A DNA stretch of 64,000 nt from a virus (lineage: Duplodnaviria; Caudoviricetes), in the IMG/VR virus record IMGVR_UViG_3300017909_001210, positions 15,614 to 79,613 of that record, one strand, 5' to 3'. Below are positions 9,351 through 17,810 of the stretch, piece by piece. The position numbers were made by a program, and so were the translations under genes. The stretch's first letter is position 1; each line of letters starts with the position of its first letter. The notes under the pieces are model-generated. The model saw nothing but the letters and a program-made list of their open reading frames with translations. It did not search any database and had not been told where the DNA came from.

Positions 9351-10184
9351 ATGGCAACCAATTCGAAATTCATTGCAGATTTAGGTTTAAAGACTGATGC
9401 AGATTTACAAGTAGACGGAAATATAACTGTATCAGGTAATCTAACTGTAAATGGCACAACTACAACAGTTAATTCCACTACAACTTCAGTGGAAGACTCG
9501 ATGCTGGAACTTGCAAACCAAAATACTAGTTCAGATACACTTGATATAGGTATTTACGGAAATTATGATGACGGATTGGGTGACGGAGCTTCAGAATACA
9601 CTGGATTATTCAGAGATGCAACCGATTCAACTTGGAAATTATTTGACGGACTAGAAGTAGAACCAACAACTACAGTTAACACAAGTGGTTCAGGTTATTC
9701 ACTTGCAGATATACAGGTGGGTGACTTAACAGCAACTACTTTAACTGCAACCAACAGTCTTACAGGGTCTTCTATCACCTATCCTACCTCAGACGGAACT
9801 AACGGACAAGTTCTTACAACAAATGGTAGTGGAACATTATCTTTTGCAGATGCAAGTAGTGGATTGGAAGAAGGAACAGTCACAACAACTTCAACAAGTA
9901 TAACAAATTTAGATAGTATTGCAGTTGCATCATATAGAGGTGCAAAATATTCAATAACAATATCAGATTCTACTAGTGGTGTGTATCAAATAACAGAATG
10001 TCATGTAATTCATGACGGAACCAGTGCTAGTATAACACAATTTGGAACAGTATTGCAAGGTGGTTCAAGTGAATTGGGAACATTTACAGTAGATATTAAT
10101 AGTGGAAACTTGAGATTGAGAGTTGCAAGTGCAACAACCAATTCAACAGTATACAAGTTTAAAAGAATCGACCATTCTGTATAA
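9351..10184 (+). CDS. Tail fibre-like structural protein
   Basis: GNLTVNGTTTTVNSTT module, PTSDGTNGQVL module and the C-terminal ~95-aa repeated domain. Confidence 0.65.
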   Translation: MATNSKFIADLGLKTDADLQVDGNITVSGNLTVNGTTTTVNSTTTSVEDSMLELANQNTSSDTLDIGIYGNYDDGLGDGASEYTGLFRDATDSTWKLFDGLEVEPTTTVNTSGSGYSLADIQVGDLTATTLTATNSLTGSSITYPTSDGTNGQVLTTNGSGTLSFADASSGLEEGTVTTTSTSITNLDSIAVASYRGAKYSITISDSTSGVYQITECHVIHDGTSASITQFGTVLQGGSSELGTFTVDINSGNLRLRVASATTNSTVYKFKRIDHSV

Positions 10185-10233
10185 TTTTTTTAATCTTTTT
10201 TTAAAATAACCTTCTGCTTAAACGACTCGACTT

Positions 10234-10241
10234 TATAAATA
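10234..10241 (+). promoter_or_regulatory. T4-type late promoter TATAAATA
   Basis: Exact consensus in the intergenic gap before 10278. Confidence 0.7.
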
Positions 10242-10277
10242 TTAGGGTAAAATCAAAGTAAAAGGGGACTTTTCTAA

Positions 10278-10538
10278 ATGGCAACACAAAATACCTTTGT
10301 AATTGAATATGGATTGACTGTAGGAACTACCGAAGTCATATCAAGTGCGGGTAAACTCGCTGCAAGTGCATTATCATTATTAAATACTGATTCACTTGCT
10401 GAAGGGTCAACCAATCAATACTTTTCAAACAGTCTTGCAAGAGGTGCTATATCACTTGCAAGTGGAGAATCAAATTTAAGTTATAATTCAACTTCGGGTG
10501 AATTATCATTACCACAAGTAGATGGGGGAACATTTTAA
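10278..10538 (+). CDS. Small structural protein ending in VDGGTF
   Basis: N-terminus resembles that of the next gene (FVIEYGLTVGTTEVI vs FIIKNGLTVGTTEVI); LAEGSTNQYF fibre repeat. Confidence 0.6.
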   Translation: MATQNTFVIEYGLTVGTTEVISSAGKLAASALSLLNTDSLAEGSTNQYFSNSLARGAISLASGESNLSYNSTSGELSLPQVDGGTF

Positions 10539-12124
10539 TGACAGCTAAGAACTTTATAATCAAGAATGGTCTTACAGTCGGGACAACAGAGGTTATAGAC
10601 AGTTCAGGTAGACTTACGGGTTCTGCCATAACTGATTCGATTGACGATAGAGTCAATACCCTCTTGACTGCGGGAACAGGTATAACATTAACATATGACG
10701 ATAGTGCAAACACACTAACAATTGACGGACAAACTGGTGATGTGACTGGAGTCACTGCTGGAACAGGTCTATCAGGTGGTGGTTCATCAGGTGACGTTTC
10801 ACTTGCTATCGACTACAGTGCAACTTGGGGAGGTAATTTAATCCCTGATGGAAACGAAACAAGGGACTTAGGTTCTACAAGTGCAAGGTGGAATGACTTA
10901 TACCTTGCTGGTTCAACTATTAACTTAGGTGGAACAGAACTTTCAAAAGACTCAGACGGAAATATTGAGATGTCTGCAAGTGGAACATTGAAATCACTTA
11001 AAGTTGCAGAAATCGAAATTGGAACAGGAGATGACGTTCTTGTTCTTAAAAGAGATAGTAATGGTAAACTTCAATCAAGAAGTAAGAACAAAACTTCAAG
11101 AACAGAAACAGCTGCAGATGTAGATTTATCTAATAACGATTCAGATGACCTTTCAGAAGGGTCAAGCAACCTCTATTACACTGATGCACGTGTTCAAACA
11201 TTCTTAGGTGGTGGTTCACTTGCTGGTAATGTCATACCAGCTGCTGATAACACATATGACTTAGGTTCATCTTCAAGAATGTGGAAGGACGTATATATCG
11301 GGCCAGGTTCATTATATGTTAATGGTCAGAAAGTGGTTGAAGATAACTCAGGAACAATCGTTGTTTCTGCAGACGATAACCAAAACGTTTCTGTTCAAAC
11401 AGGTGGTTCAGGTGACGTAGAACTTGACCCAACAGGAACAGGTGTTATCCAAATTAAAGGAACACTTCAAATCGAAGACGGACAAAACATTACTAACAGT
11501 GCTGGAAATGAAATATCTTTCGGAAACAATATAACAGTTGACCAAATTGCATCTAAATCAACAGACACTAACTTAGTATTAAGTGGTAATGGAACAGGTA
11601 ATGTCACATTAAATGACAATGTTGCAATTACAGGTGACTTAACAGTTTCAGGAACTACAACGACTGTAAACTCAGAAACTATTTCACTTGCAGATAACGT
11701 AATTGCATTAAACAGTAATTTCACTTCAGGTTCACCAACAGAAGATTCAGGTATTAGTATCACTAGAGGTGGTTCTTCTGCTAAGACACTTCTTTGGGAC
11801 GAAACAAATGACAAATGGACTGTAGGTTCAGAAACTTTTGTTGCTGGAACTTTCGAAGGAAACCTAACTGGAAATGTCACTGGAAATGTCATTGGAGATG
11901 TCACTGGAGACTTAACAGGAACAGCTTCAAGTGCAACCCTTGCTACAAATGCTCAAGGATTGACTGGAACTCCAAATATTTCAGTTGGAACAATTGCCTC
12001 AGGTGCTATTACTATCACCAATGCAACAAACAGTGGTGGAACTGCTAGAAACGTTTACCAATCAACATCAGCTCCTGCTTCAGGTGATGGTGCGGTTGGT
12101 GATTTGTGGATTCTTTACTCCTAA
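10538..12124 (+). CDS. Tail fibre protein
   Basis: G/T/S-rich; DLGSTSARWNDLYL and DLGSSSRMWKDVYI repeats; GNVT repeats; C-terminal SAPASGDGAVGDLWILYS. Confidence 0.75.
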   Translation: MTAKNFIIKNGLTVGTTEVIDSSGRLTGSAITDSIDDRVNTLLTAGTGITLTYDDSANTLTIDGQTGDVTGVTAGTGLSGGGSSGDVSLAIDYSATWGGNLIPDGNETRDLGSTSARWNDLYLAGSTINLGGTELSKDSDGNIEMSASGTLKSLKVAEIEIGTGDDVLVLKRDSNGKLQSRSKNKTSRTETAADVDLSNNDSDDLSEGSSNLYYTDARVQTFLGGGSLAGNVIPAADNTYDLGSSSRMWKDVYIGPGSLYVNGQKVVEDNSGTIVVSADDNQNVSVQTGGSGDVELDPTGTGVIQIKGTLQIEDGQNITNSAGNEISFGNNITVDQIASKSTDTNLVLSGNGTGNVTLNDNVAITGDLTVSGTTTTVNSETISLADNVIALNSNFTSGSPTEDSGISITRGGSSAKTLLWDETNDKWTVGSETFVAGTFEGNLTGNVTGNVIGDVTGDLTGTASSATLATNAQGLTGTPNISVGTIASGAITITNATNSGGTARNVYQSTSAPASGDGAVGDLWILYS

Positions 12125-12143
12125 TCTAGGGGTTTAGAATCTT

Positions 12144-12151
12144 TATAAATA
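12144..12151 (+). promoter_or_regulatory. T4-type late promoter TATAAATA
   Basis: Exact consensus upstream of the repeat-protein cluster. Confidence 0.7.
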
Positions 12152-12178
12152 TGAGAACTTTTAACGGGAAATAACTAA

Positions 12179-12751
12179 ATGGCAATCGGAATTACACAAC
12201 AACCTTACATTGCAAGTGCTCAGCAGCCTTTTTCATTCCAAAGTCCGTTTACGTATAGTGCAAGGTATCCTGCTAACGCACAACAACCCGTGTCGTATCA
12301 GTCACCTTTTACGTATAATGCAAGGTATCCAGCGAATGCTCAACAACCAGTGACATATAGGTCACCATTTACCTATAGAGTTCCATATCGTGCAAATGCA
12401 AGACAACCATTTACTTACAGAAACCCATTTACATATAGGGTTCCATACCAAGCAAATGCAAGACAACCTTTTACATATAACTTTAGGTCACCATTCACTT
12501 ACAGAAACCCAAGTAATGCTAGACAACCTTCTGAGTATCAACATAGAAGTCCGTTTACTTACCAAAATCCAGTGAATGCACAAGAACCTAATATAAGAAA
12601 TGCTCAGACACCATTTACATATAGTAATAGACAACCATTTACATATAGTAATAGACAACCAGCAACATATGCGACTCAAGGAAGAACTCCTGAAGCAAGG
12701 TGGGACGGAGTAGTATCACAACAGTGGCCTGGGTCACCAATAACAGGATAA
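12179..12751 (+). CDS. PFTY/ANAxQP repeat protein
   Basis: 190 aa made almost entirely of (S/N/T/Q)PFTY and (Y)PANA(Q/R)QP repeats. Confidence 0.7.
   Translation: MAIGITQQPYIASAQQPFSFQSPFTYSARYPANAQQPVSYQSPFTYNARYPANAQQPVTYRSPFTYRVPYRANARQPFTYRNPFTYRVPYQANARQPFTYNFRSPFTYRNPSNARQPSEYQHRSPFTYQNPVNAQEPNIRNAQTPFTYSNRQPFTYSNRQPATYATQGRTPEARWDGVVSQQWPGSPITG
12611..12660 (+). repeat. Perfect 24-nt tandem duplication (PFTYSNRQ x2)
   Basis: CCATTTACATATAGTAATAGACAA repeated twice. Confidence 0.85.
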
Positions 12752-12759
12752 TATAAGAC

Positions 12760-13980
12760 ATGGCATCAGGAAATCAATCAGTCAAGACACCTACAGGTTG
12801 GAATGCGACCCAAGGTGCATGGGTTAAAACTGGTTCTTCTACGTGGAGTGCAGTTGACCAAATCTATATCAAAACACCTTCAGGGTGGAATAATGCTTCG
12901 GGTCAAGAACTTACACAAGTTCCATACCCTTATATTGCAAACAGTCAAACACCATATATTGCAAATGGTCAACAACCTTATATTGCAGATGCAAGACAAC
13001 CTTCTGAGTATCAACATAGGTCACCATTTACATATAGAAATCCAGTAAATGCTCAAGAACCTAACATTAGGAATGCACAAACACCATTTACATATCAGAA
13101 TCCAGTAAATGCACAACAACCTAATATTAGAGATGCACAAAACCCATTTACATACGAAAACAGATATCCTGCGAATGCTCAGTCACCAAGTAATGCACAA
13201 AACCCATTCACTTATGACGCAAGGTATCCTGCGAATATTCAACAACCAGTAGCATTTAGGTCACCTTTCACATATCGTGTGCCTTATATTGCTAATGCTA
13301 GACAACCAGTAGCATTTAGGTCACCTTTCACATATCGTGTGCCTTATATTGCTAATGCTAGACAACCTGTTAGTGGAAGGAATCCATTTACATATAACAA
13401 TAGGGCTGCGGTGTCTTACTTCTATCCTGACCCATCGCCTGGTGGTGGTGGTGGTGGCGGTTGCTTCGTCGCTGGGACACCTATTCTTATGCATGACGGA
13501 ACAACAAAACCAATTGAGTCAATCGTATTGGGTGACCAAATTAAAGTTTGGAGTGAGGAAGGTCAAATTGTTAAAGAAGTTGAAAAACTTATGTCACCAA
13601 GACCTACTAAAGTTGTTAACCTCGTTATTGCAAATGAAAACGGAGATACAGTTGCAGAATTAGGAACAACAAAAGACCACCCATTCAAACTAGTAGACGG
13701 AACATGGGGTGTTGTAGATACTGAATATTGGAAAGAATCTCACCCTCAGTTTGAAAATACTGAACAATTGTATGGTGAAGAATTAAATGAAGTCAATCTA
13801 AAAGTTGGTGATAAACTTCAATCAGTTTGGGGTTCTGCAGTTCTAAAAGATATTATTGATACTGGTGAAGAAAAAGAAGTATACCATATATTAGAAGTAG
13901 GTAATTTCTATACAGACGGAGTTGTCGCACATAACATGGTGAAACAAATCTTCGATCCCATCGACAATGAGAGATTCTAG
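12760..13980 (+). CDS. PFTY-repeat protein with N-terminal W-rich docking-like domain and C-terminal Hint (intein-like) domain
   Basis: GWNATQGAWVKTGSSTWSAVDQIYIKTPSGW N-terminus; the same repeats as 12179; Gly7 linker then CFVAGT...TTKDHPF...VYHILEVGNFYTDGVVAHN. Confidence 0.8.
   Translation: MASGNQSVKTPTGWNATQGAWVKTGSSTWSAVDQIYIKTPSGWNNASGQELTQVPYPYIANSQTPYIANGQQPYIADARQPSEYQHRSPFTYRNPVNAQEPNIRNAQTPFTYQNPVNAQQPNIRDAQNPFTYENRYPANAQSPSNAQNPFTYDARYPANIQQPVAFRSPFTYRVPYIANARQPVAFRSPFTYRVPYIANARQPVSGRNPFTYNNRAAVSYFYPDPSPGGGGGGGCFVAGTPILMHDGTTKPIESIVLGDQIKVWSEEGQIVKEVEKLMSPRPTKVVNLVIANENGDTVAELGTTKDHPFKLVDGTWGVVDTEYWKESHPQFENTEQLYGEELNEVNLKVGDKLQSVWGSAVLKDIIDTGEEKEVYHILEVGNFYTDGVVAHNMVKQIFDPIDNERF
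13242..13367 (+). repeat. Perfect 60-nt tandem duplication (QPVAFRSPFTYRVPYIANAR x2)
   Basis: 13242-13301 is identical to 13302-13361, with 6 further matching nt. Confidence 0.9.
13462..13935 (+). other. Hint domain (bacterial intein-like), 158 aa
   Basis: Block A CFVAGT at 13462, block B TxxH (TKDH), terminal His-Asn at 13930-13935; the next residue is Met; no homing endonuclease. Confidence 0.85.
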
Positions 13981-14022
13981 AGGTTTAATTAAACCTTATT
14001 AGAACTTCCCTAAATATATATT

Positions 14023-15576
14023 ATGAAACAACTGAAAACCTTAGAAGAAGTCCGCTCAACTATTCAACCTATAGACTATAAAACTTTAAGTAGTGCTGAT
14101 TGGTATAACCTAGGTGCATATCATTTAGGAACTATAGACGATATAAGTGACGTTGATAAAGAGTCAGACGTATATAAAAATTTTAAATGGGTGTTTGAAA
14201 ATATTGCACCACCTACTAAAGTAATTAAATGGGGTGATATTTTAGAACTTCGTAAACAGAAGAAATTTGTTCCCTTCTTTGGTGCCTCAAACGAATCAGT
14301 TCATTATCAAAAATTCTTACCACACGTATGGACTTGTAAAGAAAGACCAAATAAAATTACAGGTCAGATGGATTGTGCAAGGATAGTTGACGGAGAACCC
14401 GAATATGCACAAATCAAAGATTATGTAGAGTTTGAACCTAATACAGAAATCACACCTCAGACTGAAACCTCTCTAAATTCAATGTATTATCATAGTGCAA
14501 AAGCACATTGGTTAATTCAAAGTATACAAGAAGAAGGTTTGAGACACCCAATTCAAGGAACAACATTTAAAATTGACGATAGATTTGGTTTTAGAATTCA
14601 CCCAGGCTCTATAAGGTCAAAAGTATACGAAGAATTAGAAGACCCTACTTTTGAAATTTTTGCAACAGACCCTTGGGACGTATTAGATACAGAACCCTTA
14701 ACGTGTGACGAAGCACTGGAATATTGGACTAAAAAGTTAAACGAGAGAAAAAAAAAAAAAAAAAATACGTCCATAACTTTCGTTAATGGTGTTATAGAAT
14801 ATCAACATGATTTAATGGATTTAAGTTTCAGAAAAGAAGTGTATGCATTTAACAAAAGAGTTCACTTACAATCAAAAGGAAAACCTTTAAACATTTACAT
14901 AGGTTATGATTCAAACCATGGTGACTTACACGAAGTAAATAAGAAGACAATTCTAAAAACACTACAACCTGGCCGTGGTCACCTTATGAAAGAGTGTCAT
15001 TGGGAACCCGAAATCAAATTCCTTGACATTGCAAAACTTCCCGATTATAATAGAGAGTATGCAAATCAATCAACAGAGTTTACTTACAGTAGATTTTTAA
15101 TCCCCTACTTAGAAAACTATGAAGGGTTTAGTATCTTTATTGATAATGACTTCATATGGAGAAAATCTATTTTATCATTGTTCTATTATCTGAATATGGA
15201 CGATGCAGTTGCATGTATCAAGTATCCACAAATCAAACATGACGAAACTAAATTTGACGGACAAGTAAATATAGATTATCCATGTAAGTTATGGTCATCA
15301 TTAATGATATTTAATAATGGACATGAAGACTGTAAGAAGTTAACACCTGAAGTAGTGAACACTTGGACGGGAGCCCAATTACATCAATTTGAGTGGACTG
15401 ATAAGATAAGTTCAATACCTGAAAAGTATATCTTTACTGAAGGTTATGATAATCCTGATGAGAAGTGGGATTACACTGGAATACACTACACTAGGGGAGG
15501 CCCTTGGATAAAAGGTATGGATTATTCCAACATAAATAATTTAGATATTTGGGTAAAGGCAAAAACCTACTTGTAA
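14023..15576 (+). CDS. Glycosyltransferase (GT-A, GT8-like C-terminal domain) fused to a ParB/Srx-like N-terminal region
   Basis: C-terminal NIYIGYDS...STEFTYSRFLIPYL...IFIDNDF (DxD)...WSSLMIFN...IHYTRGGPW; N-terminal LIQSIQEEGLRHPIQG...RIHPGSIR. Confidence 0.75.
   Translation: MKQLKTLEEVRSTIQPIDYKTLSSADWYNLGAYHLGTIDDISDVDKESDVYKNFKWVFENIAPPTKVIKWGDILELRKQKKFVPFFGASNESVHYQKFLPHVWTCKERPNKITGQMDCARIVDGEPEYAQIKDYVEFEPNTEITPQTETSLNSMYYHSAKAHWLIQSIQEEGLRHPIQGTTFKIDDRFGFRIHPGSIRSKVYEELEDPTFEIFATDPWDVLDTEPLTCDEALEYWTKKLNERKKKKKNTSITFVNGVIEYQHDLMDLSFRKEVYAFNKRVHLQSKGKPLNIYIGYDSNHGDLHEVNKKTILKTLQPGRGHLMKECHWEPEIKFLDIAKLPDYNREYANQSTEFTYSRFLIPYLENYEGFSIFIDNDFIWRKSILSLFYYLNMDDAVACIKYPQIKHDETKFDGQVNIDYPCKLWSSLMIFNNGHEDCKKLTPEVVNTWTGAQLHQFEWTDKISSIPEKYIFTEGYDNPDEKWDYTGIHYTRGGPWIKGMDYSNINNLDIWVKAKTYL
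14748..14765 (+). repeat. A18 homopolymer inside the glycosyltransferase gene
   Basis: 18 consecutive A, read in frame as R-KKKKK-N, upstream of the GT domain. Confidence 0.85.
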
Positions 15577-15606
15577 TTTTTATAACATTGAGGTATAATA
15601 TAAAGT

Positions 15607-16170
15607 ATGAACGCATTAATTTATACAGAAGACAGTAAACTTATAGTCCGAAAGGAAAATGGTTTACAATATGATTTTGAAAACGTAGATAGACCTGAAT
15701 TGGGTTTTGACTTTGACGTATTAGTTTATGACGATGTTGAAGTTAAGATTTTAAAATGGGAAGACGGAAAACAATTTGACGAACAAGAACATACTGCATT
15801 GACAGAAGAAGACAGACTTAGTATTGAAACATATATCAAAAATTCTGAACCACCTTTGGGATATAATTTAAATCAACAATATATCAATCAATTGGAACAA
15901 CTTGTGTTAGATTATCAAACACAATGTTCTGAATTGTATGGAATGTATGATTTATTATATGCAAATGTAGCTGGAAGAGAAGGGTCAAATCACCCTAGAC
16001 GTTCTGATGCAAGAAGAGCATTAGAATATTTTGATAACATATGGTTTTGTTTTGAAAATGTGGTTGCAGAAATTCAACAAACAAGAGAAGATACTTTAAA
16101 GAGTTTTGACCACTATGCTGGTGCAATTCCCGACCCTTTAGTGACTCCCGACTCTAGGTCAAATAGGTAA
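15607..16170 (+). CDS. Hypothetical protein, tail-fibre-assembly/chaperone-like C-terminus
   Basis: YDLLYANVAG...NHPRRSDARRALEYFDNIW resembles the YDxIxxAxxY...HP...EA...WxDxVW pattern of phage fibre-associated proteins. Confidence 0.4.
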   Translation: MNALIYTEDSKLIVRKENGLQYDFENVDRPELGFDFDVLVYDDVEVKILKWEDGKQFDEQEHTALTEEDRLSIETYIKNSEPPLGYNLNQQYINQLEQLVLDYQTQCSELYGMYDLLYANVAGREGSNHPRRSDARRALEYFDNIWFCFENVVAEIQQTREDTLKSFDHYAGAIPDPLVTPDSRSNR

Positions 16171-16173
16171 TGT

Positions 16174-16911
16174 ATGGAACTCATTTATCATAATGAGTCC
16201 TTTAAACTAAAAGACGTAGGATTCCCATTAAAAGATATTCATATTATTGATGATTGGTTGCCTGTGCAATTACACCATTGGGTTAACAGGTCAGTTAGTG
16301 CTAATAATATTTGGTCAAAAAATAACCAAGTCACTGGAGATAGTCCTACAGGTTTACCTCATCACCAATTTTGGGGTGCAACTATGATGAAGGGAACCAA
16401 TTCGAGTTTGATAGACGTAGGAAATTATCCCGATACAGACCTCGATATTAATCAATATCTAGACACTAAGATATGTGCAAAATGGTTAGATAGAAAACTA
16501 CAAACTGATTTTGGTTTTGAATGGGTAAGGTTTCAATACATGGGATTAAATTCACAAACACAAGGTTTACATGGAACAACTCATGCAGATTGTATGCAAG
16601 AAGACGAATGGAATTTATCTTTTTTATATTATACAAATACTATATGGTCAGAACATTGGGGAGGCCCTTTGAGAATCTATGACGAAATGCAACAAGGTTT
16701 ACATGGTCGTGCAAATCATATAAAGAATCACCAAATTGCAGAGATTCCTTTCAAACCAAATAGATTAGTAGTGTTTGACGGAAGAATACCACATGGTGCC
16801 GATGCACCCACTCAAGAAGCACGATATATAGATAGGAAGTCAATCGTAATACGAGGTGACGAAATTAGATTAGTAGAAGACGATTATTGGTTTAGACAAT
16901 GCCCACAATAG
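16174..16911 (+). CDS. 2OG-Fe(II) oxygenase
   Basis: HxD (THADC), distal His (RIPHGAD), 2OG-binding Arg (RKSIV); WGG and FKPNRLVVFDG segments. Confidence 0.8.
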   Translation: MELIYHNESFKLKDVGFPLKDIHIIDDWLPVQLHHWVNRSVSANNIWSKNNQVTGDSPTGLPHHQFWGATMMKGTNSSLIDVGNYPDTDLDINQYLDTKICAKWLDRKLQTDFGFEWVRFQYMGLNSQTQGLHGTTHADCMQEDEWNLSFLYYTNTIWSEHWGGPLRIYDEMQQGLHGRANHIKNHQIAEIPFKPNRLVVFDGRIPHGADAPTQEARYIDRKSIVIRGDEIRLVEDDYWFRQCPQ

Positions 16912-17810
16912 AATTTAGCACATTTAATGAAGATACTCTCAAGGACTCTAAACCAGTTCTTGCAAAATCTGTAAAACCTGAATGGTGGAATAAAATGAAA
17001 TTCCGTGAGTATAATCGTGGAATTAAACAAGCAACAATACGTTCATGTCCTGCTATGGACGATTGGTTAAAGAGTGGTTGGTATTTATTATCTAATAGAG
17101 ATATTATTGTGAAGAATGCTAGACTTGATGGTGATACAGATGACCATTGGGTTGCAACACATGAGTTTGACGGAGGAACAGAAATGCCTTCACCTACACA
17201 CCCTTCTGCACAAATGGGATATGCATTTCAATATTTACATGATGAAGATGCACCAGTTAAGGGTGCATTTAAAATGAGAAATCCATGGAACATAAAAACA
17301 CCGCCTGGTTATTCAACGTTTTACTTAGACCCATTTTTATTTCAAAACAAATATTTTGCAACATGGCAAGGTGTAATAGATACAGATACCTTTAATACAA
17401 ATTACGATAATGCACAAATTATCTTTTATCCACGTGTAAATCATTCCTTCGTTATACCAAAAGGAACTCCTCTAGTTCAAGTCATACCATTTAAAAGAGA
17501 GGAATGGCAGTCAACCTACATAACATATGACCACCAATCTTGGTTAGACAATAGAAGTCATATTACAAATAATTCAGGTAATAAAAGTATGGACGAATTT
17601 AATAGACAAATAGATACCTCTCAAACAGCTAGGGATAAAAATGACAAACTAGGTGGTTATAGAATGGGTAAAATGCACAAACAAAAGGGTAAAAATTTTA
17701 ATGAAGGAAATCCACCACCTGAATGTCCTATGCATAGTGCTGTTGATGACGCTGCAGATGTGATGTCAGGTTATGAAAAACAATTAGAGTTAGATTTAGA
17801 TAATGATTAG
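16899..17810 (+). CDS. DUF6065-like protein often found beside phage 2OG oxygenases
   Basis: IRSCPAMDDWLKSGW...NPWNIKTPPGYS...GVIDTD...IPKGTPLVQVIPFKRE. Confidence 0.55.
   Translation: MPTIEFSTFNEDTLKDSKPVLAKSVKPEWWNKMKFREYNRGIKQATIRSCPAMDDWLKSGWYLLSNRDIIVKNARLDGDTDDHWVATHEFDGGTEMPSPTHPSAQMGYAFQYLHDEDAPVKGAFKMRNPWNIKTPPGYSTFYLDPFLFQNKYFATWQGVIDTDTFNTNYDNAQIIFYPRVNHSFVIPKGTPLVQVIPFKREEWQSTYITYDHQSWLDNRSHITNNSGNKSMDEFNRQIDTSQTARDKNDKLGGYRMGKMHKQKGKNFNEGNPPPECPMHSAVDDAADVMSGYEKQLELDLDND

Noticed and set aside
12518-13095. Diversity-generating retroelement TR/VR pair
   Set aside because: Differences are synonymous and not adenine-specific, and there is no reverse transcriptase in the window.
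13462-13935. Classical splicing intein or homing element
   Set aside because: The +1 residue is Met, the C-extein is only 14 aa and there is no endonuclease domain; treated as a BIL-type Hint.
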